Source: Chloroflexota bacterium (lineage in GTDB: Bacteria; Chloroflexota; Dormibacteria; CF-121). From it: 64,000 nucleotides of DNA. Location: positions 12,260 to 76,259 of the forward strand of contig VBEE01000035.1 of NCBI GenBank assembly GCA_005881715.1, given 5' to 3'. Shown piece after piece: positions 39,883-49,069 of the stretch. The notes beneath the pieces are model-generated. The model did no database searches and was not told where the DNA came from. It was given only the letters and a program-made list of their open reading frames with translations. The translations under genes and the position numbers were made by a program. Each line of letters opens with the position of its first letter. Position 1 is the first letter of the stretch.

Positions 39883-40304
39883 GCCGGTTGGGCCTCCTTC
39901 ATGAGGTCGGCGACGGAGACCGACTCCAGGGTCGACGTGATGCTCCCCTGCAGTTTCTCCCAGAAGGCGTGCGCGGAGCAGGGGGTGTCGGCGTGCGTAC
40001 ATTCGCCAGGTCCCCCACCCTCAGCCAGGCAGCTCACCGGCGCCAGCGACCCCTCCAGGCTGCGGACGATGTCCGCCATCGAGATCGCGTCCGGCCGGCG
40101 GGCAAGCGCGTAGCCGCCCTTGACGCCCATCCGGCTGGTGATCAACCCTGCCCGGCGAAGCTGGCCGGCGATCTGCTCGAGATAGGAGAGCGGGAGCCCT
40201 TCCTGCTCGGCGAGCTCAGCCAGCGGCAGCGGGCCGTTGCCATAGCCCCGGCCCATCCGCACCATCACGCGGATTCCGTATTCGGAACGGGTGGAGAATC
40301 TCAT
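39879..40304 (-). CDS. Rrf2-family (IscR-like) transcriptional regulator
   Basis: YLEQI...LRRAGLITSRMGVKGGYAL; three Cys plus His (C-x8-C-x5-C-x2-H). Confidence 0.93.
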   Translation of the reverse strand: MRFSTRSEYGIRVMVRMGRGYGNGPLPLAELAEQEGLPLSYLEQIAGQLRRAGLITSRMGVKGGYALARRPDAISMADIVRSLEGSLAPVSCLAEGGGPGECTHADTPCSAHAFWEKLQGSITSTLESVSVADLMKEAQPA

Positions 40305-40309
40305 AGATC

Positions 40310-40341
40310 TCCGACTGGACTAGTCGGACATTCAAAGTATA
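40310..40341 (-). promoter_or_regulatory. Rrf2/IscR-type operator and -10 box of the suf operon
   Basis: Inverted repeat TCCGACT-N5-AGTCGGA (40310-40328) overlapping the RBS; minus-strand TATACT at 40336-40341. Confidence 0.75.
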
Positions 40342-40412
40342 GCGTGAAGGCCCGCCCCCGGGGCCACGTTCTCGTAACCTTTGCGCGTGCACCAGACGCG
40401 GGGGGCTTGCGC

Positions 40413-40901
40413 GTGACCCTGCCGGTCGACGGCGCATCGTTTCGCTACACGGTAGGGCACTTCGCCACCGGGGTCACGGTGATGACCACTACGGCCGGCG
40501 AGCGCATGCACGGGATGACGGTCAGCGCCTTCGCGTCGGTATCGCTGGAGCCCCTTCTGATCATGGTCAGCGTCGAGCGCTCGACCGTGATGCACGAGCT
40601 CGTGGCGCGCAGCCGCGCCTTCGCCATCAACTTCCTCGGCCAGCGGAGCGAGAGCACGGCGCGCTTCTTTGCCGACAACGTCCGGCTGGCGGCCCCAGAG
40701 TTCCGGGAGGGCGGTTACCGGCTCGGGGTCACCGGCTCCCCCATCCTGAGTGAGGCATCCGGGTATCTCGAGGCGACCGTGCACGGGACCCACGAGGCGG
40801 GCGACCATACGATCATGGTTGGCAAGGTGGTGGCACTCGAGGTGGTCACGGAGGAGGAGCCCCTCATCTATTACCGGAGCGGCTACCGCAGCCTCGACTA
40901 A
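40413..40901 (+). CDS. Flavin reductase family protein
   Basis: FATGVTVMTT, GMTVSAFASVSLEPLL, AGDHTI, PLIYYR. Confidence 0.92.
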   Translation: MTLPVDGASFRYTVGHFATGVTVMTTTAGERMHGMTVSAFASVSLEPLLIMVSVERSTVMHELVARSRAFAINFLGQRSESTARFFADNVRLAAPEFREGGYRLGVTGSPILSEASGYLEATVHGTHEAGDHTIMVGKVVALEVVTEEEPLIYYRSGYRSLD

Positions 40902-41248
40902 CTGCCCTCGTTGAGCAGGTCGGTCAGCTTTCCCTGAAAGGCCTGCAGCCGCTGATGGGCGTCGAGCACCTCGTCATGGGTGAGCGGATCGCCATCGATC
41001 TCGTCAGTATCGCGGGGCGAGGGGGCCGCCACCCGGGTAACCTCTTCGACGGCGTTCACGATTGAGCCGGCGAACTCAACATGCAGGAAAAAAGAATCAC
41101 GGCAACGGCCGCAGGTCACCTGGACGATCAATTTGTTGTTGTGGTTGCCGATCTTGCGCAGCTGCGAGCCCTTGTGGTTGCTGCCGCACACCCGGCAGCG
41201 ATAGTTTCGAGCCTGGGACCGCAGGAACTCCAGGATGGGATCTTCCAT
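40898..41248 (-). CDS. Hypothetical zinc-ribbon protein
   Basis: CRVC...CGRC and C-terminal PLTHDEVLDAH; ATG at 41248. Confidence 0.75.
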   Translation of the reverse strand: MEDPILEFLRSQARNYRCRVCGSNHKGSQLRKIGNHNNKLIVQVTCGRCRDSFFLHVEFAGSIVNAVEEVTRVAAPSPRDTDEIDGDPLTHDEVLDAHQRLQAFQGKLTDLLNEGS

Positions 41249-41312
41249 CGTCGCCCGGTCCAGTATAGGACTGGGAACGGGGCATCGAAGGCGCATCATT
41301 GATGGCGGAGTC

Positions 41313-42080
41313 GTGGCAAAACCGCTGATCCTGCTGACCAATGACGACGGGATCTATGCCCAGGGCATCCTTGCCGCATGGCAGGAGCTGCGCAAGATCG
41401 GCGAGGTGGAAGTGGTCGCTCCCGACGCGGAGCGCAGCGCCGTCGGGCACGCCATCACGTTGCTGCTTCCGCTCCGCACTAAGGAGGTGGTGCGGCGCAA
41501 TGTGCGATTCGGTTACGGCGTGAACGGCATGCCGGCCGACTGCGTGAAGATCGCGGTCAAGGCCATCCTGCCGAGGCCGCCGGACCTGGTCGTCTCGGGC
41601 ATCAATCTCGGAGCGAACACGGGGACCAACGTCATCTACTCCGGCACGGTGAGCGCCGCCACCGAGGCCCGCATCCTGGGTATCCCATCGATCGCCGTCT
41701 CGCTGGCGACTTTTACCCATCCCGACTTCAGCTATGCGGCACGCTTTACGCGAAAACTGGCCATCGCCGTGCTGGCGAAAGGCCTGCCTGACAAAACCCT
41801 TCTCAATGTCAACGTCCCAAACATTCCGGAGGACAAGATCAAGGGCGTGGCCATCACGCAGCAGGGTGAGTCGCGTGTCGAGGAACGGTTCGAGAAGCGG
41901 ACGGATCCTCGAAATCAAACGTACTACTGGCTGGACGGCCAGTTTCGTTTACAGGAACCAAAGAATGAGGCGGACGCGGCCAAAGTGAGCGATGGGTATG
42001 TCTCGATCACGCCGGTGCAGTACGACCTGACCGCCTATCCCGCGATCGACCTGCTCAAGGGCTGGAAGCTCCAGCCCTAA
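41313..42080 (+). CDS. surE: 5'/3'-nucleotidase SurE
   Basis: ILLTNDDG, VVSGINLGAN, YSGTVSAA, VSITPV. Confidence 0.96.
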   Translation: MAKPLILLTNDDGIYAQGILAAWQELRKIGEVEVVAPDAERSAVGHAITLLLPLRTKEVVRRNVRFGYGVNGMPADCVKIAVKAILPRPPDLVVSGINLGANTGTNVIYSGTVSAATEARILGIPSIAVSLATFTHPDFSYAARFTRKLAIAVLAKGLPDKTLLNVNVPNIPEDKIKGVAITQQGESRVEERFEKRTDPRNQTYYWLDGQFRLQEPKNEADAAKVSDGYVSITPVQYDLTAYPAIDLLKGWKLQP

Positions 42081-42088
42081 GGTCCCCG

Positions 42089-43006
42089 CTACCGCACCGG
42101 GTTGCGCAGCACGCCGATTCGCTCGACCTCGGCTTCGACCACGTCGCCGGGGTGCAGGTATTCGGGCGGTTTGCGACCGTCGCCAACGCCCTGCGGCGTC
42201 CCGGTTGAGATGCAATCCCCCGGCTCGAGCGTCATTCCCGCGGAGAGGTCGGCGACGATCCGCGCCACAGAGAAGATCATGTCGCTGGTGTTGCTATCTT
42301 GCTTGGCCGTGCCATTCACCGACAACCGGAGCCGCAGTCGTTGCGGATCCGGGATCTCGTCGGCGGTGATGATCACCGGGCCCATCGGGCAGCTGCCATC
42401 CAGGCTCTTCCCCTTGAACCACTGGGAGGTGCGGAACTGCAACTCGCGCGCGGAGATGTCGTTGACGACGGTGTAGCCGAAGACGTGATCAAGGGCTCGC
42501 ACTTCAGGAATGTCCCGGCCCCCGATTCCGATGATGACGCCCAGCTCGACTTCCCAGTCGAGCCGCGTGGTCAGCCCCTGCGGATAAGGGATGGCCTCAC
42601 CGGGTCCGATGATGGTGGTGGGCGGCTTTGTGAAGTAAATCGGCGCCGGCGGTGGAGGGCTGCCGGATTCCGCGGCGTGGGCCGCAAAGTTTTGACCGAG
42701 GCAAACGACGTCCTTGCGCGGCCGCGGAATTGGCGCGTGCCAGCGGATCCGATCTGATGCATAGGCGAGGCCGGCCTCCGCGTCCTGCGCCAGGTCATGG
42801 CTTTCAAGTTCCGACGAGAAGCGGCGGCACAGGTCTGCCGCGTGGCGCCAGGCCGCTGCCCCGGCGTCGAGCAAGCCCAGCATGTCCGACGGCAGACGCA
42901 AGCCGTCATGCAGATGCGAATAGCGGGCCAGGTCGAGCACCGCGCGCCCGCAGTCGGCGCCGAGCCGGGGTGGGCCGGGCTCGACCGAGTAGCTGCACAG
43001 CCTCAT
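42089..43006 (-). CDS. Fumarylacetoacetate hydrolase family protein
   Basis: LDWEVELGVIIG, NDISARE, GKSLDGSCPMGP, STGTPQGVG; ATGA-coupled to the upstream Mo subunit. Confidence 0.93.
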   Translation of the reverse strand: MRLCSYSVEPGPPRLGADCGRAVLDLARYSHLHDGLRLPSDMLGLLDAGAAAWRHAADLCRRFSSELESHDLAQDAEAGLAYASDRIRWHAPIPRPRKDVVCLGQNFAAHAAESGSPPPPAPIYFTKPPTTIIGPGEAIPYPQGLTTRLDWEVELGVIIGIGGRDIPEVRALDHVFGYTVVNDISARELQFRTSQWFKGKSLDGSCPMGPVIITADEIPDPQRLRLRLSVNGTAKQDSNTSDMIFSVARIVADLSAGMTLEPGDCISTGTPQGVGDGRKPPEYLHPGDVVEAEVERIGVLRNPVR

Positions 43007-45315
43007 CCGGACCGATGGCCCCGGGCACCTTCCATGGCCTGCCACACCTTTTGCGGGGTACAGGGTGGATCGATTTCGGTGACGCCCAGGGGGCTGAGCG
43101 CATCGACCACGGCGTTGACGACGGCCGGCGTCGAGCCGATCGTGGCGCTCTCACCCACGCCCTTGACACCAAGCGCGTTGATGGGGCTGGGCGTGATCGT
43201 ACGGTCGAGCACAAAGCTCGGCAGGTCCGGGGCGGTCGGAATCATGTAGGTTGTCAGGTTACCGCTGAGCAGCGACCCATCGTCGCCATAGGAGATCTCT
43301 TCGTAGAGGGCCTGCGCGATACCCTGCGCCAGGCCACCGTGCACCTGACCCTCCACGAGGAGGGGGTTGAGAACCCGGCCACAGTCGTCGACCGAGATGT
43401 ACCGGCGCAATCCAACCGCCCCCGTTTCTGGATCGACCTCAACCACGGCGACGTGCGCTCCAAACGGGAAGACCATCCCAGGCGGCTGAAAGAAGCGGGT
43501 CGACTCGAGGCCGGCCTCGATGTCCTTGGGCCGCGCGCCGCCGTAGGCAGTCTTCGCGATCTCCACAAACGTCACACCCCGGTCCGGAACGCCGCGCACC
43601 CGCCACTGTCCATCCGACACCACGATGTCCGCCGGCGCCGCCTCGAGCAAGTGGGCCGCCAGCCGGCGCGCCTTTTCGGCAACCTCGCCGGCGGCCAAGT
43701 GCACCGCCGTTCCGCCAACGGCCGCGCTTCGGCTCCCGAAGGTGCCGAGGCCGACCGGGACGGTCGCGGTGTCGCCATGCCGGACAACGACCCGATCCAT
43801 GGCGATACCGAGCTCGCCGGCAACCAGCTGCGCCCACGCCGTTTCGTGGCCCTGACCATGGGGAGAGGTGCCGGTCACGACGGTGACGGTCCCATCGGCG
43901 TTGGCCCGCACCGTCGCGCTTTCGAACAAGTCCCCATCCGGCCCAAAGCCGGCCATCTCGACATACGATGCAATGCCGATGCCCATCAGCCGGCCAGCCT
44001 GGCGCGCCTGCTGCTGCTCGGCGCGGAGCTGCTCGTAGCCGGCGACCGACAGTGCGCGCTCGAGGGCCGCGGCGTAATTGCCGCTGTCGTACAGCTCGCC
44101 GCTGATACTCGCGGTCGGTTCGTCGAAGGCGGGCAGCAGGTTGCGCCGTCGCATCTCCGCGGGGTCGATGCCAAGCTCGCGTGCCGCGAGATCGATCATC
44201 CGCTCGATCAGGAAGATCGCCTCCGGCCGGCCGGCTCCCCGATAGGCGGCGATGGGGGTCTTGTTCGTGTACACGCTCCGAATGTCCACCTGCAGTGCCG
44301 GCATCCGGTAGCAACCACTCAGGAGGCGACGGGTCAGCCGGGGAAGTCCGACGCCCATCGGGTAGGCGCCGAGGTCGGCGGTCAGCCGCACCTTGAGGCC
44401 GCGCAGGGTTCCATCCGCATTCACCGCCAGTTCCGCATCGTGGATCTGGTCTCGCCCGTGGGTGGTGGCCTGCAGGTGTTCGCTGCGCTCTTCGACCCAT
44501 TTCACCGGACGGGCCAATCGCAGTGCGGCCCATGCCGTAAGGAGTTCTTCGGGATAGACCGACAGTTTTGCGCCGAAGCCGCCGCCGACTTCGGGAGCGA
44601 TCACCCGCACCGCGGACTGGGGTAGGTCGAGGAAGGTCGCCAGCTCGTCACGGACGCCATGCGGAATCTGGGTCGCCGACCATACTGTGACCGAAGGCTC
44701 CCAGCGGTTGGCGATGGCGAGCACGCCGCGCGGCTCGATGGGGACGCCGGCCAGCCGCTGGTTGCGAATGCGAGCGCGCACGACGCGGTGGGCACCCGTA
44801 AACGCCGCCTCGACATCGCCCCAGATCCGGGTCGACTCGTCGGCGACATTCGTGCCCAGGCTGTCATGGACGATTGGGGCGTCAGCGGCGGCCGCCGCTA
44901 TCGGATCGGTGACGGACGGTCGGGGGTCGAGCTCGACCACGACTCGATCGGCCGCATCGCGGGCCTCCTCGCGGGTTTCCGCGACGATGAAAGCGATCAG
45001 GTCGCCGCTGAAGCACGCCTGGTCACTGTTGAGAAGGGGACGTTGCGGGAGCCGGCTCCCCTTCGGTCCGCTTGCCGGGAAGGCCGGCGCATCCCTCAAT
45101 TCGGCGGCGGTGATCACGTCGATTACCCCGGGCGCGGATCGAGCGTCGGCCACGTCGACCGCTTTGATGGTGGCGTGCGGGAGGTAGCTGCGCACGAAAA
45201 CCAGGTGGCAGAGGCCCGGCGGGCGGAGGTCATCGACGTAGGTGCCGGCGCCCGTGATCAGTCGAGGGTCCTCACGACGGCGCACCCGCGCCCCCAGGCC
45301 ATACGCGAGCGCCAC
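43003..45315 (-). CDS. Xanthine dehydrogenase-family molybdopterin-binding large subunit (form II CoxL-like)
   Basis: RREDPRLITG, VGGGFGAK, AYRGAGRPE, HGQGHET, GQVHGG, KGVGE. Confidence 0.92.
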   Translation of the reverse strand: MALAYGLGARVRRREDPRLITGAGTYVDDLRPPGLCHLVFVRSYLPHATIKAVDVADARSAPGVIDVITAAELRDAPAFPASGPKGSRLPQRPLLNSDQACFSGDLIAFIVAETREEARDAADRVVVELDPRPSVTDPIAAAAADAPIVHDSLGTNVADESTRIWGDVEAAFTGAHRVVRARIRNQRLAGVPIEPRGVLAIANRWEPSVTVWSATQIPHGVRDELATFLDLPQSAVRVIAPEVGGGFGAKLSVYPEELLTAWAALRLARPVKWVEERSEHLQATTHGRDQIHDAELAVNADGTLRGLKVRLTADLGAYPMGVGLPRLTRRLLSGCYRMPALQVDIRSVYTNKTPIAAYRGAGRPEAIFLIERMIDLAARELGIDPAEMRRRNLLPAFDEPTASISGELYDSGNYAAALERALSVAGYEQLRAEQQQARQAGRLMGIGIASYVEMAGFGPDGDLFESATVRANADGTVTVVTGTSPHGQGHETAWAQLVAGELGIAMDRVVVRHGDTATVPVGLGTFGSRSAAVGGTAVHLAAGEVAEKARRLAAHLLEAAPADIVVSDGQWRVRGVPDRGVTFVEIAKTAYGGARPKDIEAGLESTRFFQPPGMVFPFGAHVAVVEVDPETGAVGLRRYISVDDCGRVLNPLLVEGQVHGGLAQGIAQALYEEISYGDDGSLLSGNLTTYMIPTAPDLPSFVLDRTITPSPINALGVKGVGESATIGSTPAVVNAVVDALSPLGVTEIDPPCTPQKVWQAMEGARGHRSG

Positions 45316-45388
45316 GCCTCAAGCTTACGGGAGCCCTCCGCTCGGCTCGGCTTCGCCCGATGCACACAACCGATAATTCGGTCGGACA

Positions 45389-45988
45389 ATGAGATGCCCT
45401 GGCCGTCCCCTGCACGGCGTTGCCCTAATGGCGCTGGCTGCCGTTCTCCTGGCTGGCTGTGACAGCCAATCCGCCATTCCGAAAGACAAACTCAGCACCC
45501 TGGTCCTGAGCCAGAAGGACATGCCGTCGGGCTTCTCCGAGTTCTACAACGGTGCGCAGGTGCGGCTCGATAACCAGGGCACGGTCCGCTCCGACGCCTC
45601 GCGCGACGGACGGGAAGGTGGCTGGATCGCTCGGCTGCGCCGGGATGATTCCGGCCAGACCCAGGGCCCCCTGGTGATCGAATCGCGCGCCGACCTGTTC
45701 AAGGATTCGGGCGGCGCCAGGTCGGACCTCGCCGCCTATCGCGTGCTGTTCTCGCGAACGAGCGGCAGTGAGCTCAAGACCGTGGCGGTTTCCGGTATCG
45801 GGGACGAGGCCGTCGGCATCACGTTTACCCAGCCGGGGAGTCGCCCCCTTCGCTTTTACCGGATCGCCTGGCGCTACCGGAACGCGACGGCCTCCGTCCT
45901 GATCGAGGGCTTCGATGGCGAGCTCAGCCTCAACGATGCGGAGTCCCTGGCACGCAAGCAGGAAACGCGGATGGAGAGCGCCGGCTAA
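45389..45988 (+). CDS. Hypothetical lipoprotein
   Basis: Lipobox LLAGC; alternative start ATG at 45428. Confidence 0.75.
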   Translation: MRCPGRPLHGVALMALAAVLLAGCDSQSAIPKDKLSTLVLSQKDMPSGFSEFYNGAQVRLDNQGTVRSDASRDGREGGWIARLRRDDSGQTQGPLVIESRADLFKDSGGARSDLAAYRVLFSRTSGSELKTVAVSGIGDEAVGITFTQPGSRPLRFYRIAWRYRNATASVLIEGFDGELSLNDAESLARKQETRMESAG

Positions 45989-46006
45989 GCGTCGCAAGGC
46001 AAACCG

Positions 46007-46036
46007 TTGAAATCCCCCGGTAGTCGCGCATATACT
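46007..46036 (+). promoter_or_regulatory. Sigma70-type promoter
   Basis: TTGAAA-N18-TATACT, 55 nt upstream of the ATG at 46092. Confidence 0.6.
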
Positions 46037-46091
46037 TTCGGCAAAGCGGACTGGGCTGTCGGTTAATTCCTCGATAGGGGAAGGGAGAGAC

Positions 46092-48347
46092 ATGAAGGTT
46101 GGGGTTCGAAGCCTCGCGGCCAAACGACGCCTTGGCATCCTCGCGGCAGTTGCGGCAATCGCCAGTTTCGTCCTCACTGGTGGCTCCGCCTATGCGGTCA
46201 ACCCACCCTTTTTCGATGACCAAGGGGACCAGCTGGTCTCCGGGGCCCTGGACTTCAGAGACGTCAGCGGTGGCACCAATGTCACCGAGTGTCCGCAAGC
46301 CGGATTATCCGGCGACCGGGCTCATCCGCTTGACAAGCGGGCCGGGGACCGAGCCGAGCAAAAGAGCACCGGAAACGACCGGCGCCTGAACCAGGACTTC
46401 GCCTGCTTCCCGCAGGATGAGACGGCCGTCGACCAGAATCCGAAGGCCCCGAGAAACTACCTGGCCGGCGCCAATGACTACCGAATGGGCTGGGGTACGT
46501 CGGGCTTCTACGCCACGACCGACGGCGGCGCCCACTGGTACGACGGGATCACGCCGTTCCCATCGCTGCCGAGCGGCGACAACCTCGACGGCGGCGGCGA
46601 CCCCGTCACGCTCTTCGATCGGGGTGGCGTTGCCTACTACGCCCAGATCAACTTCAACCGGACCGACGACACCAGCGGCGTCTGGGTCAACCGGTCGACC
46701 AACGGCGGCTTCACCTGGACCCGACCGTGCGTCGCGATCGGGCCAATCGGACCGCCGGCGCAGGAGCACGGCGTCTGCGGCGGGGCCGGGGACGTGCGGC
46801 AGCCAGGAGACGGCACTGTCGGTTTCATTCAGGACAACGACAGCACGCTAAATGGAAGCGTGCCGGCCTTCGACAAGGAATGGATCACGGCGGGCCCACG
46901 GCCGGCGGGTGTTGCGGCGACCTGCTTCACCCCATTCACACACACCCCGACGGCGTGTGCCGAGGGGACGGTGGGCACTGACCGGCTGTACGTGACGTAC
47001 TCGCTGTTCTCCGGCGCCGGTAGCGCCCAGATCTTCCTGAGCTACTCGGATGACCAGGCCCGGTCGTGGTCGGCGGCTCGATACATCGCCGGCAGCGGCC
47101 CGTTCTGCTTCTTCTTCGGAGGCAACTGTCGCGACAGCCAGGGCTCGCAGCCGACGGTGAACCCAACGACGGGTCAACTGTGGGTCGGCTTCATCAACGG
47201 CGACACCATCGACGAGGACCAGTACCTGGTCGTAACCTCAACAGACGGCGGCCAGACCTTCTCGCCACCCTCGCGCGTCGACACGCTCTACGACGTCAAC
47301 TTCCCCCGCGGCGTCAACGGTCGCGCCGACTGCACGGCCCGCGGCCAGGGTTCGACCAGGGCGGTCCCGACGAACAGCTGCTTCCGTTACGACCCCATCT
47401 TCAACTCGATAGTCGCCGATAAGCGCGGCGGGGAATTCGCGAACGACGTCTACGTCGTGCTGGCCGACAACCGTAACGGCACGATCCGCGACTCGAACAC
47501 CGACATCTTCCTGTACAAGTCGACCGATGGCGGGAGCACCTGGATCGGACCTAGCCGGGTGAACAACGACCGCTCCGATACGCCGGCAAACCGCGATTGC
47601 GGGCGTCTACCCGAAAGCATCCGTGGTAATGCAGCGAATTGCGTCGAACAGAACTTCGGAGCTGACCAGTTCTTCCCGTTCGTCACGATCACCAACGACG
47701 GCGTGCTAAATGTGACCTTCCATGACCGACGGCTTGACACCGATTCGCCGGTCGCGGGTGGTGCCTGGCCGACAAGCAAGACCGAAGTCGGGAACTACCT
47801 CGTCTGGTACTGGGGCGCGCAATGCAAGATCACCCAGACGCAGACCGTCAGCCAGACCACGACTGGTCCCGTCCCAAGTGGCGCCTCCCAGTGCGTCGCG
47901 CCCGAAGCGGTGGTGAATCCCACAGTGGCGACTGGTTTCAATCCAGGCGCCGGCCCCATCCCCGGCAACGGCCAGAATTCGGCAACCTTGCCGTTCCGCA
48001 ACTTCCAGATCTCCGACCTCGGGACGAATTTCGACTACTCGTTCCGTGCCGGGATCTTCGCCGGCGACTACAGCGGCAACACCTCCGGTCCGACCGTCAA
48101 CGGCGACAGCGACGGCAACCAGGCGATGGCAGTCTGGACCGACGCCCGGAACGGACGCGGTTCCGGCGCCCCGACCTCCTTCCAGCCTGGACGCAACCCC
48201 ATCTGTGAGCAGTCGGACGCGTTCTTCCAGAAGTACAACTCCGAGAATGGTGGCCGTGGCTCGAAGGGCAACGCGAGCGATAGTGATGTCTTCCTGGTCG
48301 CGCCGTGTCCCGGCGACATCCAGGAGAGGGGGATCGGAAACCACTAG
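46092..48347 (+). CDS. Secreted BNR/Asp-box (sialidase-like beta-propeller) protein
   Basis: Signal peptide ending AYA; five Asp-boxes (TTDGGAHW, STNGGFTW, SDDQARSW, STDGGQTF, STDGGSTW); many Cys. Confidence 0.85.
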   Translation: MKVGVRSLAAKRRLGILAAVAAIASFVLTGGSAYAVNPPFFDDQGDQLVSGALDFRDVSGGTNVTECPQAGLSGDRAHPLDKRAGDRAEQKSTGNDRRLNQDFACFPQDETAVDQNPKAPRNYLAGANDYRMGWGTSGFYATTDGGAHWYDGITPFPSLPSGDNLDGGGDPVTLFDRGGVAYYAQINFNRTDDTSGVWVNRSTNGGFTWTRPCVAIGPIGPPAQEHGVCGGAGDVRQPGDGTVGFIQDNDSTLNGSVPAFDKEWITAGPRPAGVAATCFTPFTHTPTACAEGTVGTDRLYVTYSLFSGAGSAQIFLSYSDDQARSWSAARYIAGSGPFCFFFGGNCRDSQGSQPTVNPTTGQLWVGFINGDTIDEDQYLVVTSTDGGQTFSPPSRVDTLYDVNFPRGVNGRADCTARGQGSTRAVPTNSCFRYDPIFNSIVADKRGGEFANDVYVVLADNRNGTIRDSNTDIFLYKSTDGGSTWIGPSRVNNDRSDTPANRDCGRLPESIRGNAANCVEQNFGADQFFPFVTITNDGVLNVTFHDRRLDTDSPVAGGAWPTSKTEVGNYLVWYWGAQCKITQTQTVSQTTTGPVPSGASQCVAPEAVVNPTVATGFNPGAGPIPGNGQNSATLPFRNFQISDLGTNFDYSFRAGIFAGDYSGNTSGPTVNGDSDGNQAMAVWTDARNGRGSGAPTSFQPGRNPICEQSDAFFQKYNSENGGRGSKGNASDSDVFLVAPCPGDIQERGIGNH

Positions 48348-48382
48348 ATCCTACGGCCGGTTGTTCCTGACCCGACTCGAAA

Positions 48383-48416
48383 AACAGAGAGCCTCCTCGG
48401 CGGGAGGCTCTCTGTT
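48383..48416 (+). terminator. Stem-loop, probable intrinsic (possibly bidirectional) terminator
   Basis: AACAGAGAGCCTCC-tcggcg-GGAGGCTCTCTGTT, a 14-bp perfect stem. Confidence 0.7.
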
Positions 48417-48627
48417 CAGACCGATCCTGATCCTGCTTGCATTCGCCTGGATCCTCGCCTCCTGCGGCCGGGTGGCGCCCGGTGGCATCAATCCGCCGAG
48501 TTCGGCGCCGGCCGCAACCAGCACGCCGCTCCAGACGCCGGCCTCAACTGACCGTTGCACGGCTGGCGTCTCGGCCAGTGGTTCTGGCAAGCCGAATGCG
48601 TTGCCGCCCGGCTGCATGCCTCAGTAG
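48412..48627 (+). CDS. Small putative lipoprotein with C-terminal DRCT...GK...CMPQ motif
   Basis: FRPILILLAFAWILASC signal and lipobox; start CTG 48412 (after GGGAGG) or TTG 48361; C-terminus resembles the convergent neighbour. Confidence 0.6.
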   Translation: MFRPILILLAFAWILASCGRVAPGGINPPSSAPAATSTPLQTPASTDRCTAGVSASGSGKPNALPPGCMPQ

Positions 48628-48661
48628 GGGCGAGGTCGAGGCCAGCCCGGCCGAGCAGGGC

Positions 48662-49018
48662 TTACTCGGGCAGGCAGAGCGGAACGGGAAACTGCTTGCC
48701 CGAGGTGGAGCTGGCGCCGCGAGGGCTCACCCCGCCGGCCGCGGAGCCGTCCGTACAACGATCGGGAGGAGCGACCGGCTGGACCACGTTCGGCGTTACC
48801 GTCCCCGGGCGTGCAACGCTAGCTGGTGACGGACGGGCACCCTTGGTAATCGGGGGGTTGACGCGATTGACCTCCGAATCGGCGTTCGCGGCCTGGATGG
48901 CCTGGACGGCGCCAGCGTTCGCCGACTCGCGCATGTTGGTCGAGCCGGTCGAGCCGGCCGCGGTTCCGCACGCCGTCAGCACCGCCGCCGAGATCAGGAT
49001 CGCCGGAAGCCGCTTCAC
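48662..49018 (-). CDS. Small putative lipoprotein with C-terminal DRCT...GK...CLPE motif
   Basis: MKRLPAILISAAVLTAC lipobox; Pro/Ser/Ala-rich linker. Confidence 0.7.
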   Translation of the reverse strand: MKRLPAILISAAVLTACGTAAGSTGSTNMRESANAGAVQAIQAANADSEVNRVNPPITKGARPSPASVARPGTVTPNVVQPVAPPDRCTDGSAAGGVSPRGASSTSGKQFPVPLCLPE

Positions 49019-49069
49019 TGCACCTTTATAACGGAGCAATCACCCTTGACTCACGGCTTGGACGGAGCG

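Noticed and set aside
42652..44625. Long antisense ORFs (657 aa here; also 34631-36181, 38662-40113, 29493-30506 and others)
   Set aside because: Shadow frames opposite well-supported genes, expected in high-GC DNA; no recognisable motifs.
43003..45315. Aerobic CO dehydrogenase (form I coxL)
   Set aside because: The active-site loop is AYRGAGR, not AYxCSFR, and no coxMS or accessory genes are adjacent.
45995..46075. c-di-GMP-I (GEMM) riboswitch-like words GGCAAACC...GAAA...GCAAAGC
   Set aside because: The stem around GAAA does not pair and the spacing is wrong; the region is better explained by a TTGAAA-N18-TATACT promoter.
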